A stretch of 64,000 nucleotides of DNA. Origin: Hormiphora californensis. Lineage: Eukaryota; Animalia; Ctenophora. The notes under the pieces are model-generated. The model was given only the letters and a program-made list of their open reading frames with translations, made no database searches and was not told the origin of the DNA. Within the stretch, counting starts at the first letter, position 1; the number at the start of each line of letters is the position of its first letter. Location: NCBI GenBank assembly GCA_020137815.1, contig CM035359.1:5208001-5272000 (forward strand). The letters run 5' to 3'. Of this stretch, positions 52,639 to 63,316 are shown piece by piece. Made by a program: the position numbers and the translations under genes.

Positions 52639-52877
52639 TTAGCGCTTTTTCTCAGTTCCCAACAAACTCATTTTCCTTATACGACAGTGTTTCTTCACGT
52701 GTCTATTCTTATTACTCTCGTCATTGAAAAACTGGAGACAAAACGAACACTGGTAGGGTTTTAGTTGTAGATGTTTGGTAAGCACATGGAGGACCCGCCG
52801 CTTTTGGGATCGGAAGGACTGACCACACTCTGTACACATGAGATTAAATTGCTCTTGATAGGCAGTAGAAGCAGATC
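52639..52877 (-). CDS. ZnF terminal exon Z7 (C2H2 plus C2H-H/C finger)
   Basis: atcaatactgcag|GA TCT GCT..., phase 1; CTECGQSFRSQKRRVLHVLTKHLQLKPYQCSFCLQFFNDESNKNRHVKKHC. Confidence 0.85.
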
Positions 52878-53081
52878 CTGCAGTATTGATGTAATTAGTC
52901 GCACTAATTATGTAATTAGCGGAGGTGTGCTTTAAATTGTGGGTCGGGCTTCAAACGGTGAGGGTGTAAAAATGGGTGGAAATTTTTATAGCGAGCGCTT
53001 TGAGTTTGCATGCAGAGCTATTAGTAACTAAAATTCCACCTGGACAAATAATGTTAAATTCCCAATGAACACACACACAAA

Positions 53082-53138
<57 letters not shown>

Positions 53139-53152
53139 ACACACTCATTTCC

Positions 53153-53370
53153 TCAAAGGTCCAGTTTCTTAAGCAGGAAGTTGCTTTTAACCATCTTGTT
53201 CAAACAGCTCTTTCTGTGACGACACAAATTAGCCGGTTGGTTAAACGACGCTCCACACCAATCGCAACTGTAGAGTTTTAGTCCGAGGTGAATAGCGTTC
53301 ACGTGCACTTTGAGAGGGTGTTTCGAGTTGAAGCCTTTGTTGCAGTAGGGACAGGGAAAGGGTTTATCTG
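53153..53370 (-). CDS. ZnF terminal exon Z8 (C2H2 plus C2HC)
   Basis: tacttttcag|CA GAT AAA (NAGNAG), phase 1; CPYCNKGFNSKHPLKVHVNAIHLGLKLYSCDWCGASFNQPANLCRHRKSC. Confidence 0.88.
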
Positions 53371-53608
53371 CTGAAAAGTATTGTTGTTGTTGATGATGGA
53401 ATCTTGTGATGATGATGATGTATTCTTGGAGAGTGATGGAATCTGGGTGTAAACATTCCAGGTCTCTGATGTGAACGGATTCAACGACAAGGTGGTTCAA
53501 TTTTTGGCGTAAGATAAAGTATAACATATAATAAGAATTTAGCATATAAAATTGTTAAAATAGCTTTTTTAAACGGCTCATTTTGGTAAAAATCACTCTT
53601 TCTCGCAT

Positions 53609-53787
53609 TCAAAAGGTGTTTTCATGCCGCTTCATATGACGTACAAGCGATGAATTATCTCTGAACCTATGACCACATAAACTACACACAGAGTTCTTGA
53701 TTCTCTCGTGAACACTTCGGTGGTGGCGCTGCCGCGAGCCGATCGAGGTGAAGGACATGTCACAAACACCACACAAGTAAAATATCT
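53609..53787 (-). CDS. ZnF terminal exon Z9 (2 C2H2; absent from the ORF track)
   Basis: ccccttttttcag|AG ATA TTT..., phase 1; hand translation IFYLCGVCDMSFTSIGSRQRHHRSVHERIKNSVCSLCGHRFRDNSSLVRHMKRHENTF*. Confidence 0.87.
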
Positions 53788-53913
53788 CTGAAAAAAGGGG
53801 GTGGGGTGGGGGTTGAGGGGGATCTGGATATATGTGACATGTGGGGGAATCTGGATGTGGAGTTGAAGGGGGATGTAAAATATTTATCTTACGATATATT
53901 ATAATGGATCTCT

Positions 53914-54119
53914 CTATGTATCTGATGGCAGATATTGAATAACTTTCTCTCTACAAGACACGGTCCTCTTGTGCCTCGCAAGGCTACTCTTATCACTAAA
54001 CATCCCTCCACAAGTGACACACTGGTGCTTCAGCTTGTGATGCACACTCTGGATATGACGTGACAGACTCGTTCGCGTCGAGTAACCTCTTCGGCACACG
54101 GGACATGTGAGTGAGAAGT
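53914..54119 (-). CDS. ZnF terminal exon Z10 (C2H2 plus C2HC-like)
   Basis: tgtttcttttcag|AC TTC TCA..., phase 1; CPVCRRGYSTRTSLSRHIQSVHHKLKHQCVTCGGMFSDKSSLARHKRTVSC. Confidence 0.88.
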
Positions 54120-54264
54120 CTGAAAAGAAACATAATAGAAGAATTATCAGCGTTTGTATGGGAGTGGATTTTATGGTGAGGAAATTCCGTAGAGAACACA
54201 AGAAACTAACGAAACGAAGGGACTCTACTACTCTCAGTTACTCTTAGACAGACAGACTATGAAC

Positions 54265-54300
<36 letters not shown>

Positions 54301-54306
54301 TCCAAG

Positions 54307-54590
54307 TTATACTATCATATTCTTATCGCACATCAGCTCATGCGTCATCAGGTCTACACCAGCGGTGAACCTTTCACCGCACTTCACACAGGGAACACCA
54401 TCGTACGGGGTCGACATTTGTGTCTGTTGGCATCTCTTCTCGTGTCGAATCCTATTACTTGGATCACTGAACTTTTTCCCGCACTTTTTACACGAGTAGG
54501 GCTTCAGGCCAAAGTGAATACCGTTAACGTGGACAGTAAGCTTGTGTTGCGACGAAAAGGCTTTAGAGCAGTGGCAGCAAATATGGATTT
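54307..54590 (-). CDS. ZnF terminal exon Z11 (3 fingers: C2H2, C2HC, C2HC; absent from the ORF track)
   Basis: tttttccgacag|AA ATC CAT..., phase 1; IHICCHCSKAFSSQHKLTVHVNGIHFGLKPYSCKKCGKKFSDPSNRIRHEKRC...CVKCGERFTAGVDLMTHELMCDKNMIV*. Confidence 0.87.
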
Positions 54591-54730
54591 CTGTCGGAAA
54601 AATATATAATTAGTGAAGATGTCAACTTAGTGAAAACGTGAGGAGTGTTTTTCGCCGCATGAGCAAATATATAAAATTTTTGGGACGTTGATAAATGTTT
54701 AAAAAAAGTGTAAAACCACTAATCTCGAAA

Positions 54731-54951
54731 CTAATTTCTCATTCTCAGTCCATCTCTGGCGACTTCACGGCCGTGTGATCGTCGCATATGCGTGTACATG
54801 CTGCCACTCTGGGCGAAAGTTGAATCACAGTATCGACACTGGTATCGCTTGATGCGCAAATGGACCGTGTCGATGTGCCGTTGGAGCACACTCGCACTTG
54901 AGTATTTGTTTTTGCAAACGGGACATCTTCTGTTGTCTTCTGGGTCCCCCG
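54731..54951 (-). CDS. ZnF terminal exon Z12 (2 C2H2)
   Basis: tatcgtttcag|CG GGG GAC..., phase 1; CPVCKNKYSSASVLQRHIDTVHLRIKRYQCRYCDSTFAQSGSMYTHMRRSH. Confidence 0.88.
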
Positions 54952-55089
54952 CTGAAACGATATAGTACATGTAGATGAGAGAATAAATATAGCAACAAGT
55001 GGTGAACACAGCGAGGGAGATGGTGTGATGTGTGTCTGAATTTACCACGACGAGTCACGTGATGCCCATATATGGTGTTGTGTGTCTCG

Positions 55090-55329
55090 TTATCCAGGCT
55101 GATCTTTCCGGATTTTAAAGCTAGGATCTTTCCTCTTAAGCTCGCTAAAAAGTACAGGATGGACCCTCCTCATGTGTTTTATCATATTCCCACTCTCCCC
55201 ACTCCTCACAGTCACAAAATGAACATTTGTACGGTCTTTCACAGAAGTGTGTCGTAGAGACGTGTCGGCGGAGGGACGGTCTGGAGCTGAACACGTGTAG
55301 ACACATGTCACACACGTGTTGCTGCCTTC
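55090..55329 (-). pseudogene. ZnF terminal exon Z13 with a +1 frameshift in finger 2 (pseudo-exon or consensus error)
   Basis: actccctctgcag|GA AGG CAG..., phase 1; RQQHVCDMCLHVFSSRPSLRRHVSTTHFCERPYKCSFCD, then after one extra base at ~55210 VRSGESGNMIKHMRRVH...*. Confidence 0.75.
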
Positions 55330-55496
55330 CTGCAGAGGGAGTTGGTAGCTAAGAGAGGGCACACAGCGTCATGCGATGGGGTGCGAGCATGCTCTAAATT
55401 TAAACACCAATATATTTGGGCGGTTTTGAGAACAATTAGATTTTACAAGCAATTAGCAAATTAGCGCATAAAGTTTTGTGTATAAGAATAGTCTTA

Positions 55497-55726
55497 TTAA
55501 ATAAAATTTCTCCGATTTTTCTCAACAGATATCCCGTGAACCCTCCTCTTGTGGGAGTCTCTATGGTCAGTTCTGCTGAATCGTTTTCCGCACACATCAC
55601 AGCCATAGGGTCGGAGTTTAAAGTGAACTGCATCGATATGACGCTTGATTTGACGCTCAATCCACCGGTTACAGATAGGGCAGTGGCCAGGCTGGTTGTC
55701 TCGAATTGGAAAGGGATAAACGTATC
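55497..55726 (-). CDS. ZnF terminal exon Z14 (2 C2H2; correct frame absent from the ORF track)
   Basis: atgtgtttcag|GA TAC GTT..., phase 1; YVYPFPIRDNQPGHCPICNRWIERQIKRHIDAVHFKLRPYGCDVCGKRFSRTDHRDSHKRRVHGISVEKNRRNFI*. Confidence 0.87.
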
Positions 55727-56022
55727 CTGAAACACATGCGTTCAGTGGATGTGGTGAATTTCAAGATCACACCGCGCTCTCGCACAAGTCTCTTGTTGGT
55801 TCGTCCAAAATTCAAAGTCGGTGGTTTACTTGAAGAAAACATTTAAAGCAAGAAATCCCCAAGAAATCTTAAAACATTTAAAGCAAGAAAAGTCTTTTGA
55901 TCAAAAACCACTCTCACTTAGCTTAGAATATAATATGTATACGACAGATATAAAGACAATACAGTTTTTTTGAGAAAGAGTCACAAAGATGTCAAGCCCA
56001 AGTGAGTTTTTCGCCATTATTT

Positions 56023-56246
56023 CTAAACTATTTTCGGATTCCACACAACTTGATGTTTGTTAAGCATGTGTCTACGCATTTGATTACTCCGCCTATATGT
56101 CATACTACACAGTTCACATTTATAAGTTTTCCTTTTCATGTGTACGTCGAGGATGTGATGACGTACTTTCTTTATCTTTTTGAAGCAAATCGGACATTCT
56201 CCGGGCCCTCGCTCCCAGTCTTCTTCCTCCCAGTGAGGTATCTCTA
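56023..56246 (-). CDS. ZnF terminal exon Z15 (2 C2H2)
   Basis: tcactccccacag|TA GAG ATA..., phase 1; CPICFKKIKKVRHHILDVHMKRKTYKCELCSMTYRRSNQMRRHMLNKH. Confidence 0.88.
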
Positions 56247-56476
56247 CTGTGGGGAGTGACAAGGGCCCAGTTACAAAATAGGAAACTGACACCAGGTTCC
56301 TGATGACATTTGCCTGACCCGTACACACGCGACGCAACGTTCGAAACATTTTACATTGAAAGTTGAACCGTGTAGTGTCAGCAAATGCACAGCATGGTTC
56401 ATCAGGAATCTCCCTTCTGGAACCTGGCATCAGTTTCCAGTTTATAACTGGAGCGTAAGAATAAAGGGAGGGGGTA

Positions 56477-56527
<51 letters not shown>

Positions 56528-56749
56528 AGTACCTCCATGAATAGCCGTGGATTGAGAATAATTAAAAAATTCAAAAGCTTTATCATACTCTCAAAAAAAA
56601 CTATGTTACAAGTCTTTAGATCAAAAACCACTCTCCCTTAGAATAATGTGTTACATGTATAAGACATAGACATGAAAAGCTACATATTACTTTTTTGACA
56701 AAAGGCACAAAGATGTATCATCGGCTGCAAGTGAGTTTTTTTTTCGCCA

Positions 56750-56967
56750 TTATTTCTCGACTATCATCGGATTCCACACAATTTGATGTTTCTTAAGCAT
56801 GTGGTTCCGTATCTGATTACTCCGACTAAATTTCATGCTACAGACATCACATTTATATGTCTTCAATTTCATGTGAACCTCGAGGATGTGATTCCGTACT
56901 TTCTTTATCTTTTTGAAGCAAATCGGGCATTCTCCCCCTCGCCGCGTGGGAGGAAAGTCTATTTCCA
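56750..56967 (-). CDS. ZnF terminal exon Z16 (2 C2H2; recent paralog of Z15)
   Basis: tcactccccacag|TG GAA ATA..., phase 1; CPICFKKIKKVRNHILEVHMKLKTYKCDVCSMKFSRSNQIRNHMLKKH. Confidence 0.88.
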
Positions 56968-57411
56968 CTGTGGGGAGTGATTAAGATCAAAGGAGGGGGT
57001 ATGAGGGAGGGAGAGAGTCAAGAGAACCTTAATGAACAGCTGTAGCCGTGGGTTGAGAATTATTTGAAATTTTTTAAAGCATTACACCCAGTTACAAATT
57101 GGAAACTGACATCAGGTTCTATTAGGAGCGCTTAGATCATGCACATGCAATTTAGATTTTAGGTTACTGTCACGGTTTGCATGGAATCAAAAAATGACCC
57201 CAAGTTTTTTGTAGATCTCGATAGGATCTTTCGAAAACCTGAAGGTCATTTTTTGATTGGAGGTGAAATGAAGGAGCTATGACAATGTGCATGGTGCGTG
57301 ACTTTTGGCGTGAACTGATATAAGCGTTCCTATTATCACGTGACAAAAATTTCAATGCGAATTGCATTGAAAGTAGCGCTGCATGTAATTGACATGAATC
57401 ATCATTCCGCT

Positions 57412-57978
57412 GGGGGGGTAATCATGGTGACAAATGGTGACAAATGGTGACATATGGTGACAAATGGTGATGGTGACATGACCAAAATTTTGGGATGAGT
57501 CACCATTTGTCACCATTCTCTCTGGAGCTTCCTACAGGCATAATATGGTGTTATGGGAGACTGGCGGACACTTCTACCAAGTTTCAAGTCGATTGGATGT
57601 AATTAAGGGGTCACAGGTGGTTAATTGCGCTTTTATGTGTTGTGCGAGGGAGGTACACCCTCAACGTGACTTTCGGGAAGTTTTAGCGGTCCAAAACACT
57701 ACTAGCCGATCCGGAATGGCCATGTTAAAAACTTATGAACAGATATATCGGTCTAAAGAAATTAAAAAATTTTATCAAATTTCTTTAAAAATTTTAAAGA
57801 AATTCTGCCGAAATCCGCATATTTCGTCAAAAAATGGAGACAAATGGAGACAAATGGTGACAAATGGAGATAAATGGTGACAAATGGTGACAAATGGTGA
57901 TGGTGACATACCCTAAATGGTCAGATGAGTCACCATTTGTCACCATTTGTTACCATTTGTCACCATGATAACCCCCCC
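57412..57978. mobile_element. G-run/C-run-ended element with GGTGACAAAT subterminal repeats; TSD ATTCCGCT
   Basis: (G)7TAATCATGGTGACAAATGG...CCATTTGTCACCATGATAA(C)7 with an 8-bp (9 with the shared C) flanking duplication. Nested inside a larger element (~57088-58013) with CCAGTTACA...TGTAACTGG ends. Confidence 0.8.
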
Positions 57979-58079
57979 ATTCCGCTTAGATGTCAGGTTC
58001 CAATCTGTAACTGGAGCCTTACAGGCCTTAATCATACTCTAAAAAAAATGTCGATGATAACAAGTTCACTCTCATATAT

Positions 58080-58288
58080 TTACAGGCCTATTCGCTTCAG
58101 TTTATATCCTATGCCATGGACCCTTTTCCGATGGCTATCTCGATTGTTACTCTGTGAAAACTCCTTCCCGCACTGATCGCACTTGTAGGGCCGAATCTTT
58201 AGGTGGACATCGTGTACGTGGGACCGGAGTCTCTTGAAGTTTCTGTTGCAGAGACGGCAGAAACCATTCCCCACCGATATCTGGTGAA
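58080..58288 (-). CDS. ZnF terminal exon Z17 (2 C2H2)
   Basis: ccttcctatccag|TT CAC CAG ATA..., phase 1 (a second AG 8 nt downstream would be phase 0); CRLCNRNFKRLRSHVHDVHLKIRPYKCDQCGKEFSQSNNRDSHRKRVH. Confidence 0.86.
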
Positions 58289-58373
58289 CTGGATAGGAAG
58301 GTAAGGAGTGAGGCGGTGCTATGATGGAACGACACAATGCGGAACAAAAGCTGTTGCCAGCATGAGGCGGACA

Positions 58374-59733
58374 GGGGGGGGGGCCCGCGTATTAAAATGT
58401 CCTTTAATGTCCCTCGATTTTTGGGACATTAAATTGTCCGGGGTAATTTGGGACATTAAAAGACATTAAAGGACATTAAAGGACAAGAAATTTTAACTAA
58501 TAAAAACCATTTCACAATGTGTTACCAAACATTTCTACCACCAATGTACTACTAAAGGTCCCATCTTTCGATTCCAATGAATGTTCATAAATGTTCAGTG
58601 GTGATGAGGCTTTACTTTTGCGTGGTACGTGGGTGCGGTACCTTTTTTACATGTGCATATCTCTAGTCTCAAAATCATCTTATGAAACGAGTAGAGAAGA
58701 CACCGAAGTGAGAAAACAGCCCCGATTTTGATGAAACTTGGTCAGAATAGTGTTTGGTGTCTAATTGGAAGTCAAAAAAGATTTAGTACTCAAATCCTTA
58801 ATTTACGATTTTTAGGTTTTTTAGGTTTTTTTTTACTGTTTTTGGCTTCAGGAACGTCCTAGAACAAAATGAATAGTACCATCTTTCTCAGCGTGAAATT
58901 CTGCATAGATTTTAGTGGCTATAAACCTTTCTATGACGTAAGGTTATCCCCAAAAAATCCCAAACGGGTACATGTTATAGGGGCGGGTACATGTTTTAGG
59001 CTAACGGGCGAACCTCTGGTCAGAACACCATGTTATAGGTACTCAATCGACGTGTATTGATGAGGAAATCATTTTAGTGAAAACCATTTTGATCTGCGAT
59101 GTCTGTGTAACGAATAAAACCTAAAAAACCTTACCACATGAAGCATACCCGTTTGGTTTTTTGGGATAACTTCTGAACCTTACGACTACGTCATAGAAAG
59201 GTTTATAGCCACTATAATCGATGCAGAATTTCACGCCGAGAAAGATGATTCTATTTATTTTGTTCTAGGACGTTCCTGAAACCCATAAAAGCCAAAAAAC
59301 CTAAAAAAACCTAGAAAAACCTAAATTTAGAATTTGAGCACTCAAAATTTGTTTGACTGCTAATTAGACACCAAAGACCATTCTGACTTAGTTTCATCAA
59401 TATCGGGGCTATTTTCACTTTAAAACCTTGACATTTAGTCCAAAACTTCAAAATTTCCGGGGTTCGCTTAGAGGTACCGGGCCACCCTAAAATGAGGCTT
59501 AATCACCGCCAACATCTATGGTATTGGTTGGAATCGATAGAGGGGACATTAGAAGTAAATATTAAGTGGTTGAAAACACCATTTTAGTTTAATAATAGCG
59601 GAAAATTCATGTTTTAATTAAATGTCTTTTAATGTCTTTTAATGTCCTTTAATGTCCTTTAATGTCCCAGGGACATTAAAGTCGGACGTGTTTATTTAGG
59701 ACATGGATATTAAATTCACGCGGGCCCCCCTCC
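58374..59733. mobile_element. G-run/C-run-ended foldback element with GGACATTAAA subterminal repeats; TSD GGCGGACA
   Basis: (G)10CCCGCGT...ACGCGGGCCCCCCTCC with an 8-bp flanking duplication and long imperfect internal inverted arms. Confidence 0.8.
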
Positions 59734-60014
59734 GGCGGACACGTGTTTCAACGTTGTACTGGAGTACATCGCCCCAAGTAATCGTCCCGTAGATCAGGGA
59801 GAGTTGAATGAAAAAGCGTTTTGTAAGTATGGATATGAGTTGAGTCATATCAAAAATTCCAGGGGCGTAAATTACTAACTGGCCAATTCTCCCACACTCA
59901 AACACACTCACAAACTTTCCCAAAATTCAGTTTTTATTACAAGTTGCTTGGCGGCAACTTCCAGAACCACTAACATTGTTTTTAACAAGATCAGTGTACA
60001 ACAAATATCCCAGG

Positions 60015-60223
60015 TTAAGGTTCCGTGGAGCCATTCCACTCAATTTGATGTTGCGTCCTCATGTGAAGTGACTTGTTGAACTTCCTCTTGAAGCTCTTCC
60101 CACAGATTTCACAATGAAACTTCCTTTCATTAACATGGACATCTCTCATGTGTGATGTGAGTCGAACGTAGCTTCTCCCACAGAGGTCACAATACCCGCC
60201 TCCTGCACCCGCTCTCCTGAGTT
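60015..60223 (-). CDS. ZnF terminal exon Z18 (2 C2H2; absent from the ORF track)
   Basis: ctcttcacaccccag|AA CTC AGG..., phase 1; LRRAGAGGGYCDLCGRSYVRLTSHMRDVHVNERKFHCEICGKSFKRKFNKSLHMRTQHQIEWNGSTEP*. Confidence 0.87.
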
Positions 60224-60325
60224 CTGGGGTGTGAAGAGATAAAGTAAGGTGAGGTGGAGAGGTGACGTACTTTGATGATCATGATGTGGAGAGATACACT
60301 TGGATTGCGGTGTGGAGGGAGAGAA

Positions 60326-60384
<59 letters not shown>

Positions 60385-60570
60385 GTGAGAGCGGGTGATC
60401 TATGCAACCACGAGTGTCGGTGCCCCAATATTTAAACGACGGCTAAAACGCAATTTCTTGCCAAGTAGTAGTAACAAAAGTTTTCACAGTTATCCTAACA
60501 CACAAATATAGATACTCTCAAACACACACAAACACACAGACACACCCACGCACAAACATTTTGTTTTTAT

Positions 60571-60830
60571 TTAGGTTCTAGGAGCACGGAATCTCGATTT
60601 AACACTGCCCTTCTCCCCCTTTTCCATAGCCAGAAGATCCTTGTGCTTACTCCTCATGTGCAACAACCTATTTCCACTCTGTCCAAAGGTCTTCTCGCAG
60701 TAAAAACACTGGAAGGGTCTCATTTTTAGATGTACCGTTGTTATGTGTCGACTTAACGAGCTAAAGGAGTAGAGACAATAGGGGCATACGTTGGAACCGT
60801 TGGTAGCAGGGCTGGAGGAGGAGAGACGTC
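60571..60830 (-). CDS. ZnF terminal exon Z19 (2 C2H2; absent from the ORF track)
   Basis: ccccctccctcag|GA CGT CTC..., phase 1; NVCPYCLYSFSSLSRHITTVHLKMRPFQCFYCEKTFGQSGNRLLHMRSKH...APRT*, with AATAAA overlapping the stop. Confidence 0.87.
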
Positions 60831-62201
60831 CTGAGGGAGGGGGAGTTGTAGTGTGGTGTCACACTCAAACACTGCATGCACAATCAAATGTGAAAAGTGG
60901 GACTTGTGTAGCTCTCACCCTGTGTGTGAGGGTAGATCAAGGAAGGACTCTGTTGACTAGCGCAAATTTGACGGACAAAGTAACACACACACATCACACC
61001 ACACACAGCCACACCACGATACATGATAGGGGATATTGAATACAACATCAATACACACATTATACATACGGACACACAGTTGATTCTACTCTCTCTCACT
61101 CTACTTCTACCTAGTATTCCTAGTCAATCCCCTCTTTCTCTCTTATAGCATGTAGTATAAACCACGCCCTCCACCCACTGTTGCTTCATAGCAACGATCA
61201 CATTCCGGTCTCTCTGCGTGTCAAGAAATCTTCCCACGCTCCCTCTCTGTTTTCTAGGGAGCCCTGTGCGCGGCGCTTTACGCGCGGAATATCCCTCCAA
61301 ATTAGGAATACTTTGCTTTGTATGAGTGCCATCCCCGGGTCGTGCTAGTTGTGAGGGTGATGTTGCAGTAATGTCCCGTTTGCTCTCTATAACTGCCGCC
61401 TTGCAGCGAGGGGGAACAAAGGAAGAAAGCTGCTGCAATTGACATGGCGGGAAAACATAAATAGTAATAGGAGGAAATATATGTAAAATATATAGAATTC
61501 AATTCAAACACATGTGTCATGTTTTTCAAAAAAAAAGAGTCAATAACAAAAGTGACACAAGAGAGAGAAAGCTATCTGCAGATACTGTGGAGCGATATAT
61601 ATATATCAATATTACATATACAAACCTACACACATAAATCTCCCTCAATCATTCTCTCCTTCTCTCTTTCTCTGGCTGCTGGCGATCCTCTTCTCACTCC
61701 CGACTCTCTCTGTTTTCTCAAAATTTTAATTCGCAAGGGCTCGCCAATTTTAGTGCTGTCCTTAGTTTAAATTCTTCATTTTTGGTATCAAAAACATTTC
61801 ATGAAGCCTGGTCTATCTCTCACTGAGTGTGTTTGCGTGTGTGCTGTGAGAGATAGATCAGTAGTTTGAGATGTGTGTAGTTTTGTTCTATGGAAATTGA
61901 TTGCTGGTTGGCCCACCTACTTACACGGGGGAGAGAGTGCGAATTTTATTTGATGTGAGGCTGCATGCAGTGAGAAAAAACAAAACGACGCAAAGTTCCC
62001 TGGAGAGAGAGAAATAGATAGAGATGGGAGAGCGAGGTGGGAGATATAAAGAAAGACAGAGATGGAGGGAGAAAAAGATAGTTTCTTTGCTTTGCGTCGT
62101 TTGAAAAAACAATCAATAATTTCAGCAGTTTTGTGATTGTGAGTGTTTAAGCAATGTCAAATGTGTGTTACCTTTTTTTGAGCTTCTGTAAATTGAACGT
62201 C

Positions 62202-62294
<93 letters not shown>

Positions 62295-62585
62295 GAGAGA
62301 GAGAGAAAGTCTTTGTAAGAGTCATAGTAAATTCTGTTAATTGTCGCTTTCTCCCTCTCTCACACTCTCTTTCTCTCATCAGTCATCCTCTCTAGTTTGT
62401 CTGCTTATCCTACTGCTTCCTCTCCCACGCACTTTCTCAGTCACTATTTCAGACTTAGCCAAGCACTTTCCCTATCTCTCTCTCTATCTCTCTCTCTCTC
62501 TCTCTATCTCTATCTCTCTATCTTACTACTCAACGAAGCAGAAAGGAAATTGGAACATGATTACTGAGTGTTACACACACATACA

Positions 62586-62627
<42 letters not shown>

Positions 62628-63002
62628 CTCTCTATCTCCCTTCTCCAATCAAGTCACACGGCGTGCGGTCAGTGGTCAGTCGCAAAGCTACCTACACTAA
62701 TGGAGTTAGGTACAAACAGACAAACTGACAGAAATTTACTTACAGGTAGAAAGAAAGATAGAGAAGGGATAGAGATAGATAAAAAGAGAGAGAAAAGGAG
62801 CAGCTGATAGTCACAATCCAATTCTATCATGATGATTGATTACCTTAGAGACGCGTCCAAGACAGACAAATTAAATTTGACACGAATCACCCAAATCAGC
62901 TCTGTCGCCGAAGGCCTTATAGATAACAAACGGATCTATTATAAAAACAAGAGTATTGTTCAACTGGTAAGAGTCCAAAGTTACCATGGTAACCAGTACA
63001 TA

Positions 63003-63316
63003 TCACCATAGTAACACTCTAGCAAGTTTTAACTCCGCCAACCTATCCTTCCTCCATCCCTCTTGTAACAGCTGTATACACCGTGTTATACTCTCAGTGA
63101 GGGAACACTTGGCAGCCTTCACCCTCTCATACCCAATCCTATCTACCACTGCCAGTTCTGCAATGGGTTTCAGCCGGTAGAAACTAGACTTGCTTACTCC
63201 GAGGGACTTGATGGCAACGTTTCGTGAGACCCCGGAAGAGAGGGCTGCCAGGACATAGTTGTAAAGGGGAGTTACTTCGTCGAGGTGCCGGATTGTTACT
63301 GGTCTTTCAGGTCGTT
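63003..63316 (-). CDS. CCDC106-like (HTH-like) domain terminal exon
   Basis: cccttctatcctctttag|AA CGA CCT..., phase 1; IRHLDEVTPLYNYVLAALSSGVSRNVAIKSLGVSKSSFYRLKPIAELAVVD...RCIQLL...LAELKLARVLLW*. It resembles the CCDC106 C-terminal domain as I recall it (PIAEL motif, RC, terminal LK..LL). Confidence 0.6.

Noticed and set aside
47859-60830. Reading the ZnF cassettes as 19 independent single-exon genes or an SL-trans-spliced operon
   Set aside because: Most lack an in-frame ATG between the acceptor and finger 1, and uniform phase 1 would be unnecessary if the acceptors only received a non-coding leader. Disfavoured, but not excluded without RNA data.
61124-61529. ORFs 61124-61438 and 61302-61529 as another cassette or as the constant exon
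   Set aside because: No recognisable domain. The long frame would be phase 0, the phase-1 frame stops after ~44 codons, and no clear donor was found.
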